A DNA stretch of 62,518 nucleotides, filler included, from Phoronis australis (lineage: Eukaryota > Animalia > Phoronida), in NCBI GenBank assembly GCA_002633005.1. It is 2 parts of 2 records of this genome, joined end to end, with 100 filler letters (N's around TTAATTAATTAA, not from the genome) between each part and the next. Parts side by side here need not be neighbours in the genome. Positions count along the whole stretch, not along the records: positions 31,224 to 62,518 come from NMRA01001209.1; 1 more part is not named here. The stretch is one strand, 5' to 3'. Below the pieces are notes generated by a model that saw nothing but the letters and a program-made list of their open reading frames with translations, had not been told where the DNA came from and ran no database searches. Positions 49,663-62,179 of the stretch are shown here, in pieces; position 1 is the first letter of the stretch, and each line of letters starts with the position of its first letter. The translations under genes were made by a program, and so were the position numbers.

Positions 49663-52600
49663 CTAGAATAGGCTCTCTTGTTATTGTTTTACTAGAAGTG
49701 TCTCTTGTGTTAATATCCTGTTTCTATTTTTTACCAGCAGCTTAGATGGCAATGATGTGTGTAGCTACACTTTTTATTTGGCGAATGACTATCTTTTGTA
49801 TTTTCCAATATCCTGTGGTAGTAGATTTAAATTACTAAGTCATGTTCAATCGAACGAGTTTGTTTAACTAAATATTTGCAGAATATATCCAACTGATTGG
49901 CTTACATGACCATTAGTTTTAAATTTATGATAGAATCTTAGCGAAAGAAAAAGATGACAGCTGTAAAAGGTTCACTTATAACTTTGATCTATGTGATACT
50001 CTGTGCTACAAACACATTTATCTTGAGCATTATTGTGTTTTATCCCATACGTATTGAACAAGTTGAGTGCAACATGGCCATGTGATATTGTTTTGTGTAT
50101 TGCACTTCCGGGGGGGGGGGGGGGGNTTAACTGATTGCCCTCTGACATGAAAGTTCAAAAGTAGGCCAGTGTCGACTTGACATCGTTAGCTGGTTCGATC
50201 ATCAAACTTTCCCAAACTAGTTTAAAGTAGTAAAATTGCAGCAGTATAAATAACACTCAATATGCAGTCAGGTCCCAAACATACTAACAACTGGTACAAA
50301 ACTGTTAATAATGACACAAATTGTATCGTCTGCAACTCAGGCGCCAATTCCTCGTTAACTACAATGTTAACTAGAAAGATTATTGTCACACTGTGACAAT
50401 AAGCACTCTGCGCATGCGTTTTACTGGAACTCTTGTTGACAACAACCTGTTTACCAATATGAAAAAGAATTCTTTAAAACTGTTGCAGAAATTGCAAGTT
50501 GATAATCTGATGACCTTTGCACTAATTGACCCTTGCCGGTGCATCATGAGCCCTGATGAGGAAAGAAATGTAAACTCGATGAAAAGTGTTGTTAGTGGTA
50601 AGAATCAGATATTTAGAATTATACAAGATGAATGAATTGGTCAAAATTTCAGAAGAAAAATACACCAAATGACCTGAAACTTTAGATTTCCAACTCAATC
50701 GCATTTACAAAACAAATATTTAAATTTGAAATGTCTAGTTCAAAATTTTAGTTTGCACTCAATGACCTTTGATCTAGTGTTTCTGATTGGATGGCCCTTT
50801 TTGTTTAGTAAAGTAGGATTGGCACATTGGTTCACACTGGTTGGCTTAAATTGAAGATAATTCCTTGAAAAATATAGGGGAAATAACCTTTTGAAAGTTA
50901 GATGACCTTTGCACTAATTGACCTATCGCCAGGATTAGGACTGACAGCTTAACTGACCAATCAGAACGCAGCATTCTTGACATACCTTCGTCTGCGTTTC
51001 CAAGCCACCATTTTACCTGACAAACAATACGTTGTCGTATAAAACTTATTTTTTTCTATAGCTCGAGAAATTGCGTGATAGGAATGGTGATATGGTGTTG
51101 ATATGAGGTGTGTAGTTCTGACAGCCATTATGCTGCTCGAGAAGAATATCCCGTCATTTTTTGGACATCTCCAAAGCCGAAAAGTGATGTCGAAAGGTTC
51201 AAACTATGTATCAAACTGCGAACGGCCACGTACACGAGCAGCTAAACTTGGCAATGCTGCTTGATTACTCGAAGGTTAAGTGCAAATATGTTTGTACCAA
51301 GATACACACTAGTTAAGTTTGGTGGCTATAGTTTAGGCTTATCTGATTTGGACTCCGGAGTTTCACTCGTCTTGCTGCCTTTGTCTCGGCACGTTCTTGG
51401 GATTTCTCAGCACTATAGTCTAGTGATAGTCCTTGGAAACTGTTAAATTTTTTACTATTTCAGTTTCAGTTATTTCAACCTATAGAGATCGTTTTGTTTT
51501 GTAGCAGAGGTACATTTTTTATATGCGCTAACTGCGAAGAGATAAAAGGTCATATATATTATGACAAACTAAACTACTACAGATATCCGTAATTACAAAA
51601 GTTATATAACATGTTGAACTGTATACATAAGTGGTGAATAGAAAGTTAAGTAATAAATTATATGGGAAGCATAACAGAAACACTGGGACAGCCACATGGG
51701 AAATATAAGCATAAACAGGGAAGGAAGGAAAATTGGTTTGAGGGAAGGAGGGAAAGAGAATTTGAGTGAAAACTGAAATTTGGACTGAATTGTGGACGAT
51801 GGCCCAGTGTTGCGACGAGGTACAATTAAACCAATAATCGTAGAACAAAGAGGGTCACTGACCCGAGAATCCAAACAATATGATAATGAGGATGAAGCAG
51901 TATAGCTTACATAAAATAATTTAATACTTAAATAATTTTTGTCATTCATATACCAGTAAGCTGGCATTCAACTGATCTTTTTTCCAAAATTGAGAGATTC
52001 GATCGACACAGGGAGGGGCACTGCATTACTGAACTCAAAGCCTTGTTCGAGCTGTTGTCAAAAAAAAATAAACAGTTGAATTACTTTTCGATGAGAACCT
52101 CTAAAAGTATACACCTGTAGGAGTACAGAGAGCTCATTTTAAAGTTGTCAAAACATGATATTTAGATTTTTGAAGCTTTAAAAAAGGAATTTGAGTTATT
52201 TTTGTAAATAGCCATTTTTGCCACTATTTTTGCAGACTTGTCATTTTTTTAACCATACCACAGTTTAATGATCACGCTACATTAAAAAAAAACTGCAAGC
52301 TACCTTTGTGCAATGAAACTACAAAATATGCGAAGTTCGTCAGAAGCTAAGCTGAACTTAAATGTCTTAATGGTGTAATTACTTTGACTTGGACACATCC
52401 CTGGACCTACCGCTAATAGCCAGCCAGCTAGCTGCATGGAGACTATCCAAGGCTACGGAGCTAACTCAGATGGCAATGACTTTTGAATGGATCTGACTAC
52501 TGCAGTTCCCCCTCGTTGCAATAAAATTATTGTATTTTTTGTTTTTCTCAGTATCTGTGAAGTTCCTCAAAGGATTTTAGTAAAATTTGATGAGATTTCT

Positions 52601-55600
52601 ATAAAAGAAATGATGTCTGCCTATTTTCGTATAGATTTGACATTTTGTTGACTACTTTATGGCCATTGTTTGTTATTTGTTTTTTGTCGACCGTCTCTCT
52701 CTGTCTGACCAAGGATCATTTTGGTAAGTGGAAAATGGGATCATACTCAGGCTGGAAAGATCACAGTTGACGATGTTTTTGGATGACTGACTGACTACTG
52801 TTGGTCCCCCTAGTGGCAGAATGTTTTCACGTTCTTTATTTGTTATGTGTCTTTTTATCCTCCTTGCAGAATCATGGTGAAAGGTTGCAGATGTGTTCCT
52901 ATTGAGCAGAGAACTTTTCTCTTTTAATAGGTGTGTGGTTAATTCACAGCCATGACATTACAGAGATAGACATGAGAAACATAATATCCATTAAAGCGCA
53001 GGGTATAAGTACACAAGCTTATTTTATGAGAGGACTGTAATTCACTCCCAATTCGCATTGGAATTGAATATAAGCCTGCTAAATAATTATGAATTGATAT
53101 TATACATCAAAAATTATACTACAGTGTTGAACATTTTTTTATATTGTTCACAATTCAAGTTCTTATCGTAAATTACCTTTTCTATGTAAGGTGTAATATT
53201 CAAGCTGTTCACTGACGTCAAATTTCTGTTTTTAAAACTCCTCACTTGGAAAAATTATATCAAAAGATTTTCAAAGTCTTTTAAAATTCCCACAAAATGT
53301 AGAGATCGATGAGTTAACTATTAATGGCTATATTACATAGGACACATTTTGTGCTGAGAATTCTGTGGGTGGGTAAAGTATTGTTTGAAGCCAATTTGGA
53401 GATTAGTCTCGATAGAGAACGAAGACTTTAATTTGTGGACTTTTCCACTAACTTTGAATTTTTCTTTTGTTCATTCCACAAGTTACAAACAACACATCTC
53501 ACACCCATGAATACTGTGAATGGTGGATAGGATCCATCGCAAGCATTTCTGACTTGTTTGCGCCCCCTACAGGCTATTATTAAGTTTACTAGCTTGCTAA
53601 ATGTATTAGTGGCAATGTTAGAAATAATGTTCGTTCTCTGATTTCTGCACTGCATGTGGTGCACACGGTGAGTGTATATCAGTGCTTTGTGTTGCTCTTG
53701 GTGTTAAAGCAAAACCACCTTCCTTAAAAAATCTTTTAATTAGAGCACTTACCATTAAAAAATTGGACTCGTGACCAGGCTGTGTTCGCAGGCATGAAAA
53801 ACTATAAAAAGCTTGATCACGCAAGACCAAACACGCAATTGAATTAGCCGAGTTTGTCATTGTTTGAGATTACTGGTTTGCTATCGGTATTAATTAATCC
53901 GAGAGCAAGCCTACCTGAGCATGAACCCTACAGCAAGGAACTGTCAGCTGACTGAGAAATCATTCGTTAATACAAGTAATTGCTATGTTTTGTAAAAGTA
54001 ATGGTGTTTGTCTCAAGTCAAGTTTTGTCCAAAATTAGTGTGAATGTACCATAATGCCTTCTTGAAGATACGCGGGGTGTACTAACATCTAACATTAATG
54101 AACTAGTCTTGAATCATCGTGCATTTTTGAGTTTCCCATGGGAGTCTTGATAGTCTGATAGCAATAATGCTCTACTAAACTTTCGGTTTTACAGAGAGTT
54201 GTAAATCATGACTTTGACATCACAAGACAATTGATCTTTTGAATTTTGTTATTATTGGTAATGATTACTAAGGTCACACTAACAAAATGTTCATGGCCTT
54301 TGATGGCTTATGATGTCCCCAAATGGTTTTGCCAAGGGAAATCCAAGCTGCAAATTGTTATGGTATCGACTTCCATGGGCAAAAGCAAATATGCAAAATC
54401 TAATTGTAAACACAGACATATTTCATTACATTGAGTTTGATGATGAAATGAATTAACAATTACCAGTTCTAGAGGCGCTTTATTAATACAAGTTTATGTC
54501 TGATTGGTTGGCACACGAATGCAAATACAACGTTGTGCTCTTATATAAAGAANGAGGTGGGCACTAAAAACAGACTCGAAAACAGTAGAAATGGCCACTA
54601 GGTGGCGCAAAATACGCCAAATCCATCCAAAAACAGTACATAGCGTCATCTCACCAATAGATGTCTATATTTCATATTTAATGAAAATCCGTTGAGGACC
54701 TTTGAATATACACAGGTAAACGTTAAAAATTAAAATTGCCACCATGGGCACATTGGTAGTCAGATCCACGCGAAAGTTAACATCATGTAAAAACTTGCTA
54801 AGTTTACTAAAGATCCAGCATACGGTTTAGGACATACAGCAATGGGCGCAAAAAAAACTGCCACTAGGAGGTGCCACAATGATTGAAGTTGTCAGAAAAT
54901 CATTGCCAGCCATCCCCTTCATAGTAAGAACATACATGCTTATTTTCAGGATCATTCTTGGAACGGTTTGGTTGATAGAAGGGTGGACACCAAAAAACAG
55001 ACTTAAAAACAGTAACAACAGCGACGCGGAGCATTAAAATGCACCCACGAATGCATCGCAAATGGTGTGCTTTAGAGTTGTTTATTTGTGTCATAAAAAT
55101 GGCCATTGGATGGCGCAAAAATGTACATTCCCTCTGAAAATGGGAATATAGTCATTGCTTCTTTAATAGAAAGCTACATGCCAATTTTCATAGAAATCCG
55201 TCACGGAACTTCAGAGAAACAAAGGAAAACGGAAAATGAATTTGCCACTAGGAGGCACACTGTTCATAGGATCCGTGTGAAAGTCGTCATTTTCTGTGTT
55301 ACCTTCATATAAATACACTTAATAATCAAATTTTAAGAAAGATCCTGCAAAAGGTTTTGCAGATACAGCCGTGAGCGCAAAAAATGAAACTGCCACTAGG
55401 AGGTGCAACAGTAGCCAAAGTCATCGGAAAATCATCATCAGCCGTCCACTTCATAGCAAGAACATATATGCCAATTTTCACAATCATCCTTTGAGCGGTT
55501 TGGTTGATAGAGGGGTGGACGCACAAAAACAGACTCGAAAACACTAAAAATGGCCACTAGGTGGCGCAAACTATGTCGAATCCATCTGAAAACTAGAGGA

Positions 55601-56544
55601 TACCATCATCTCACTAATAGGTGCCTACATGCCAAATTTCATGAAAATCCGTTCAGGACTTTTGAAGATACAAAGGTAAGCGTAAAAAAATTAAAATTGC
55701 CACTAGGGGCACACCGGTAGTCGGATCTGTCCAAAAGTCGTCATCTCCTGTTGTTAACATCATATAAATATACTTACACAATTTCGTAAAGATCCTGCGA
55801 ACGTTTTAGGAGATACAGCCATAGGCGCAAAAAAACAAAACTTCCACTAGGAGGCGCCACAGTGGTCGAAATCATCGGAAAATCATCGTCAACCGTCCTC
55901 TACATAGTAAGCATATACATGACAATTTTCACAATAATCATTTGAGCGGTTTGGTTGATAGAGGGGTGGACACACAAAAAGACTCGAAAACACTAAAAAT
56001 GGCCACTAGGTGGTGCAAACTATGTCGAATAAATCTGAAAACGGCAGGGTAGCGTCATCTCACTAACAGGTGCCTACATACCAAATTTCATGAAAATACG
56101 TTGAGGACTTTTGAAGATACAAAGGTAAGCGTAAAAAACTAAAATTGCCACTAGGGAGCACACCGGTAGTCGGATCCGTCCGAAAGTTTGCACATGCCGT
56201 CCCATTCATGAATGGAACATATGTGCCAAATTTCTTGAACGTATTTCAAAGGGTTTTGGAGATAAAGCAGCGGACGCCGGACAGCCAGCCACACGGCGAC
56301 TAATATGGGCCTTACCGAGACAAATGTCGAACATTTTTAGCACATAAGACCGGCAAGCGCTGAATGAAACATGCTCTGGTTTAGGCCTACTGCTTGTGCA
56401 AACTTCTTTAGATACAATGCACAACTAGTAGCTTCTACACACATCTAGCTAGTTAGATTGCGTGGCTGTGGCCAAATGACGGTCTCTGCTCTGGCAAATG
56501 AGCTCTGGTGACACGCATGCGCTCGCTTAATCAAAGCAGAAGAA

Positions 56545-57335
56545 CTTCAAAACAAACGTCACGTGACAACATGTGTGTTCGTCAAGACATTTTTCTCATG
56601 TTGCCGATCATACAAAGATAGCACGATGCAGTGCAGATTTGTACTTAAACCTGCTTTTAATTCCAGTGGTGGATTTAGGGGGAGGCCAAGAGGCCCATTG
56701 CCCCCCCCCCTAACATTCTACCCGATACCATCTGGGAGGTTCGGGTGCGCGCAAGCAGGGGCTCGTCGGGAGCCAATAAACAACGCATAGGCCCTGAACA
56801 AACTGAAAAAACCCCGTTTACCGTTTTTTTTAGTCAAGAGGTCCGCATTCGAGGCCTCTGCATCCCCACAATTTAGGCTGGGAGCGCGCATCTGCAAAAA
56901 TTCTGGTTATTCCTGTGCCCTGGCCCCCCCCAACTCAAAAGCCTGGATCCACTCCTGAATCCCGACTCCCCGGGAACTTAAAAATCTTACGCCTGCTACT
57001 TGAAAAACTTAAGGAGGATTTCAGGTAATTTGCGTGAGTCAAAATTGTATTCTTATTCAAGCATTCAAGTCGCCATATCGACGATTGCGAGGCAGTCAGT
57101 GAGCGAGCTTTTGCCCTGGGATTTCAGCACAATTTTCTGTAAAATGATGGTAATTTAGCAGCAAAGTTTGATAGCAATGCACCACGGTTTTGTAGCAAGT
57201 CTTTCATAGATTACAGATACATCACAGAGCTAGCATAAATGTGATGAATCTTAGCTTCCGATTTCACTCGTTTCGGAGACCGGTTTCAACAGCTTGGGTT
57301 GAGCGCCCCCTCTGAAACGAACTTTTCTAAGCACC
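56545..57335. mobile_element. Dispersed repeat family B, copy 2
   Basis: Collinear with 32950-33725; lies between family C segments. Confidence 0.75.
56664..56957. mobile_element. 294-bp GC-rich hAT-like MITE nested in family B copy 2
   Basis: Termini CAGTGGTGGATTTAGG / CCTGGATCCACTCCTG (12/16); absent from copy 1; flanks AATTC / AATCC. Confidence 0.7.
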
Positions 57336-58769
57336 CTGGGCAGTTATTACTGTGAATACGGTATTAAATTTAGTAAAAATCCTGCAAACATTTTAGGAGA
57401 TATAGCCATAAGCACATAAAAAACAAAACTGCCAATAGGAGGTGCCGCAGGAATCAAAGTCGTTGGAAAATCATCGTCAACCATCCTCTTCATAGTAAGA
57501 ACATACATGCCAATTTTCACAATCATGCGTAGAGCGGTTTGGTTGATGGTGGGGTAGACGCTAAAAAACAGGCTCGAAAACAGTAAAAAATGGCCACTAG
57601 GTGACGCAAACTACATAAAATCCATACTAAAACAAAAGGCTATTGTCGTCGTACTAATAGATGCCCGCATACCAAATTTTGTGAAAATACGTTGAGGACC
57701 TCCGAAGATACAGAGGTGAGCATAAAAAACTAAAATTGCCACCAGGGGACACACCCGTAGTCGGAGAGGTCCGAAATTTGTAGCCATCTGTTGTCAGCTT
57801 CATAGGAACACATCTGCGAAATCTCATCAAGATCCTGCCAGAGGTTTAGGAGATAGAGCTGCGGACGCGGGATGTTGGACACCCGACGCCCAGACAGAGA
57901 TGACGGCAATATGCAACCACATATATATGTCGGTGCATACAAATGGCAACTTAAGGTGGTGCAAAATACCTCGAACCCATCCGAAAACGGGAGGATAGCG
58001 TCATCTCAATAATACATGCCTATCTGCCAAGCTTTATGAAAATCGGTTGAGGACCTTTGAAGATACAAAGGTAAACGTAAAAAACTACAATTGACACTAG
58101 GGGGCGCAACTGTACACCGATCGATGCGAAAGTCGTCGTCGTTCCATGTCAACATCATATAAATATACTTGCTACAACATTTAATAAGAGATCCTGTTAA
58201 CGGTTTAGGAGATGCAGCTATGGGTGTAAAAAAACAAAACTGTCACTAGGATGTGCCACAGTAGTCAAAGTTGTCGGAAAATCCTTGTTAGCCGCCCTCT
58301 TTACACTAAGAACATAAATGCCAATTTTCAAAATCATACCCAGAGTGGTTTGGTTGACAGAAGGGCCGACGCTAAAAAACAGACTCAAAAACAGTAAACA
58401 TGGCCACTAGGTGGCGCAAAGAACCTGGAATCCACCCAAAAACGAGGGGATAGAATCATCCCACTAATAGATGCCCAACTGCTAAATTCATGAAAATCCG
58501 TTGACGACCTCCAAAGATACAGAGGTCAGCGTAAAATACTACAAGAGAAACGCAGAGCGTTGAAATGCATCGCAAATGGTGTGCATTTAGGGTTGTTTGT
58601 GTCATAAAAATGGCCACTAGATGGCGCAACAACCTACAATTCATCTGAAAACAGGACATGTCATTCTTCTTAAATAGAAAGCTTTTACACCAAATTTCAT
58701 AGAAATCCATCATGGAACTACAGAGAAACAAACGAAAACAGAATAAAATGAAGAGTTCTATCATATTTA

Positions 58770-59025
58770 ACACATTTAACACGTTTGACACGCTACCATC
58801 TCAAAATTTTACACGTTTGACACTCCAGCGTGTCACATTTTACACGTTTGATATATCGGCATGGCAAATTTTACACGTCTGACATGCTACAATGGCAAAT
58901 TTTACACGTTTGACACGCTAGCGTGGCACATAACTACACAACTGACACACGATCGTGTAAAATTTTACACGTTTAACACCCAAGTGTGTCATGTTTTTAC
59001 ATGCTTTTTACACCTTTGACACGCT
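58770..59025. repeat. 31-bp tandem repeat, ~8 diverged units
   Basis: TTTTACACG recurs at 58807, 58838, 58869 and 58900; consensus ATTTTACACGTTTGACACGCTAGCGTGKCAA. Confidence 0.9.
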
Positions 59026-60028
59026 CAAGAGCGTTTAAAATTCTCACCTGGCTCTCGTCCCGTTTCATTTTGCTTGCGGCAGCCAAGGGGGCCGAGCCCC
59101 CTGGGCCCCCCACATAATCATCCTTAAAGCCATTTGGTATTTGGTTGATAGAGGGGTGGATGCCAAAATTCGGACAAGAAAACAGTAAATGGTCACTAGG
59201 TGATGCAAACTACGTCAAATCCATCTGAAAATGGGATGTTACCGTTATCTGACTAATAGATGCCTATATGCCAAATTTTATGACAACACGTTGACGACCT
59301 TTGAAGATACAGAGGTAAATGTAAAAAAATGAAATTGCCACTAGGGGGCACACCGGTTGTCAGATCCATCCGAAATTCGTCGTCATCTATTGCCAACATC
59401 ATATCAGTACACTTGCTAAATTTAATAAAGATCCTGCAATCGGTTTAGGAGATACAGCCATGGGCATAAAAAAAACTGCCACTAGCAGGCACCACTGAAG
59501 ACATGGCGTGGGGGGAGGCACAGGCCCCCCAAAAATTTTTAAGCAACAGGGATAACTGTGGCAACTGACATACGCATGGGGTGGGGACAGTCGAGAAANC
59601 CCCCCAATGATTTTTTTCCTTCCTACGGGCCTGCTAGACAGCGCAAATAACCTCAAACTTATCTAAAAATGGGAGTACAACATCATATCACTAGTAGATG
59701 CCCATATGCCAAATTTTATAAAAATCTGTACAGAACCTTTGAAGATACAGAGGTAATCCTAAAATTGCACACTGGTGGTCAGAACCATCCGAAAAGAGCA
59801 CAGGAGCAAAATTTTATGAACATACATCAAAGGGATTTGGAGATAGAGCAGTGGACGCCAGATGAACGCTGGACCGACAGACAGGAATAAAGGCATAATG
59901 GGTCCACATATAAATATACGGGCGCAAAAATGCAGACTGTCAGCAGTCGCAGCCACAGCCAGAGATACCAACATTCATGAATCTGCCAGATTTCTAAACT
60001 AATGGCTTGACAAACACAGAGGTGCAGA

Positions 60029-60330
60029 ATGTCTCTTACCTCTCTAATGCCAGTGGAACACAGCTGCGTTATCAACTCAGGCCAAAAACTGAAAAGAAAG
60101 AGACGTTCTGAAGTGACAGGACTAAACGAGAATCTGATTGTGAACATAGACAATTTTAGCGCTATTGGCAGATGTGCATCAACAGTCCTGGAAAACTTGA
60201 AAACTATCACTGAACATTGATAAAAGGCTTGAGCCTGTGAGTGAATGCTTCACTGAAATGTGCAAAATGCCACTACACATCTGCCAGTACGTCTGATGTT
60301 GAGAAGCACCAGCATCAAGGACCAGCCACA
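60029..60330 (+). pseudogene. Possible degenerate fragment of a Kolobok-type transposase zinc region
   Basis: Across frameshifts: YQLRPK...ENLIVNIDN...KGL..VNASLKCAKCHYTS; resemblance from memory only. Confidence 0.3.
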
Positions 60331-61080
60331 GGTGCACTTAAAAGGGAACTGTATTTTATTCTGAATAAATTTTGGATATTTTCTATGAGCTGTTGATTAA
60401 TTCCACAAATAGTTCAATATCAAAAAGTAAACTTAAGGCAATTTTTTTTCAAATGAGCCTATCTTATTTAGTCTCAAAGTGTGCGGAACGGTTCTGCACT
60501 TTTTTATATCCATTTAGGGCCATAAAAAATGGTATGAAACAAATCTATACCTTACCCTAAACATGTTTAGAATGTTACACTTTTATTTCCTCTATTAGCA
60601 TTTTCTTAATTAGAAGTTCAATTTTGCCAGGCGGAATATTTCGCACTGACTGCGGAATATTCCGCACTTGCAGAATACTGTACAAGTTTTGTGGAATACT
60701 GTGACTTGAGAAATATTATGCATATTTTGTGGAAAAACAATGAAAATAATGATTTATTTTTAAAAATCAATGTGACAGTTGCAGAAGGGTTCCACAAACA
60801 GGAAAGTTTAAAGGCGAAGGCAACCTTTTTTCATGTCATTTTGAGCTAAAATAAGGTTGGTTGGTTATCCTAGGCATATTTTCCACTTAATTACAGCTTT
60901 TCGTAATTTTGTTAATAACTCGTCCGTTACTCCGGAAGTGACGTTTTAGGAGGCAAGTATTTCGCGCCAATTTCTTTTCATATAGTCTGACTGTGAGAGC
61001 TGCCGACTCAGTCATTGTTCTACCTCCGATGTGTTAAGTTAATTCCATCGTCGTTTGCTTTCATTTACTAGTCAGTCAAC

Positions 61081-61911
61081 ATGCCACACTGTTACTGCGT
61101 ACCAGGATGTACTAATTATCGTCTCACGCGCGCTTTGGGAGTACCTTTGCATCGCATTCCGATGGATGACACACTTCGCCGTACTTGGCTCGTTCGTGTG
61201 AAGACTGCAGCGTTACCCGTCCACGCAACGTACAAAGTAGTCGAGAATTACCGTGTATGTGGCAAACATTTTCTGCCGTCCGATTACGAAAGGTATTTGT
61301 ACGCTGAACTGATGAAGGTCCCTGCGAAACAACGCCTGAAGAAGGATGCCATTCCGTCTGTGTTGATTCCCAGCAGTGCCCCGTCGCCATGCCCAAGAAG
61401 TGCGTTTTTGAAGCGAGAAGCCTCGCGAGCTGTGGCCAGTAAAGTGACTGGAGCCAGTGGAGGCACTTCATCTAGTGTCACCCGTGGTGCCTCCGAACGT
61501 ACCCCAGAGCGTGCCATTCCTGGAACCAGTAGTGATTCGCCCTGTGCTGTTTTCTCCAGCCCAGAGCCTCTAAGCAGCCCTGCAGCCATGTTGAGTAGTG
61601 GGAGTGATTACAGGCCCAGTTCGACACCCAGTGAAGAGGACAGTTCGTCGTCCAGTGAACAGATGGGTGAGCCAAACTTTGATAAGTTTATTGTGGACTT
61701 GTCTAAAGTGTTGGAGCAATTTAGAAGGTGCCAGGTGTGTAGCGAGGGAGTCACACGACACGTTGTAAGCAGTTTGGGTGCTCAGGTCACCATCCAGTGG
61801 GAGTGTGTCGCGGGACGCTCTGGCAAGTGGGACAGTTGTTCCTCTGTCCGTGGTATACCGGAGGTCCACTTTACCGTGTCCAGTAGCTTGGCCTCGTCGA
61901 AATCTGAATAG
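61081..61911 (+). CDS. THAP-domain + Cys-motif N-terminal half of a Kolobok transposase (no DDE domain), 276 aa
   Basis: CYCVPGC...LHRIP...W...RVCGKHF...RLKKDAIPSV (C2CH THAP); Ser-rich linker; KFIVDLSKVLEQFRRCQVC...GAQVTIQWECVAGRSGKWDS; the last ~15 aa are antisense KolX sequence. Confidence 0.85.
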   Translation: MPHCYCVPGCTNYRLTRALGVPLHRIPMDDTLRRTWLVRVKTAALPVHATYKVVENYRVCGKHFLPSDYERYLYAELMKVPAKQRLKKDAIPSVLIPSSAPSPCPRSAFLKREASRAVASKVTGASGGTSSSVTRGASERTPERAIPGTSSDSPCAVFSSPEPLSSPAAMLSSGSDYRPSSTPSEEDSSSSSEQMGEPNFDKFIVDLSKVLEQFRRCQVCSEGVTRHVVSSLGAQVTIQWECVAGRSGKWDSCSSVRGIPEVHFTVSSSLASSKSE

Positions 61912-62179
61912 CACAAGCATTCCATTGAGGTAGGCATAACAACGCACACAGTGCATTTGCACCAAGATGTGTCACCACGTCTGTCCTCAGTAGCCGCTTC
62001 GTTTCTCTCAACAGCTGCCTGTGCCTGTGCGTACTCTGCCTCGTTATACTTGGGCTCAAACATGTACCCACCCACTGAATGTCTGTGAAAAAATTCCTCG
62101 TCACCTCTGCTGTGAACAAGGTCTCCGTCACTCACACTAGTCTACTGTCACTGTGATACGGGTCACCGACTCCAGCCAT
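61865..62179 (-). pseudogene. Truncated, frameshifted KolX-like (P2X7 cytoplasmic-domain-like) ORF
   Basis: ATG at 62179 (MAGVGDPYHSDS), frameshift near 62135, then GYMFEP...RRGDTSWCKCTVCVVMPTSMECLC, the YxFEP / WCxCxxCxxMxTxxECxC signature. Confidence 0.75.

Larger units (their letters stand above)
54554..59930 (-). mobile_element. Cluster of HINE/DINE-1-like family C elements with ~150-bp monomers in a ~449-bp trimeric higher-order repeat
   Basis: Same monomer types recur at 55391/55841, 55551/56000 and 55697/56145; three element-end modules (GCGGACGCC...GGACAG + hairpin + A-rich end) at ~56265-56347, ~57857-57943 and ~59848-59930; interrupted by other insertions. Confidence 0.65.

Noticed and set aside
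58770-59025. CRISPR-like array (also considered for 523-629 and 40035-40181)
   Set aside because: Units are contiguous and homologous throughout, with no unique spacers and no cas genes, in a eukaryotic context.
61124-61965. Overlapping antisense ORFs within the THAP gene
   Set aside because: Shadow ORFs of GC-richer coding sequence with no independent motifs.
61782-62135. P2X7 purinoceptor gene
   Set aside because: Only the Cys-rich cytoplasmic-type motif is present, inside transposon TIRs and without transmembrane or ectodomain sequence; it fits the Kolobok accessory protein KolX.
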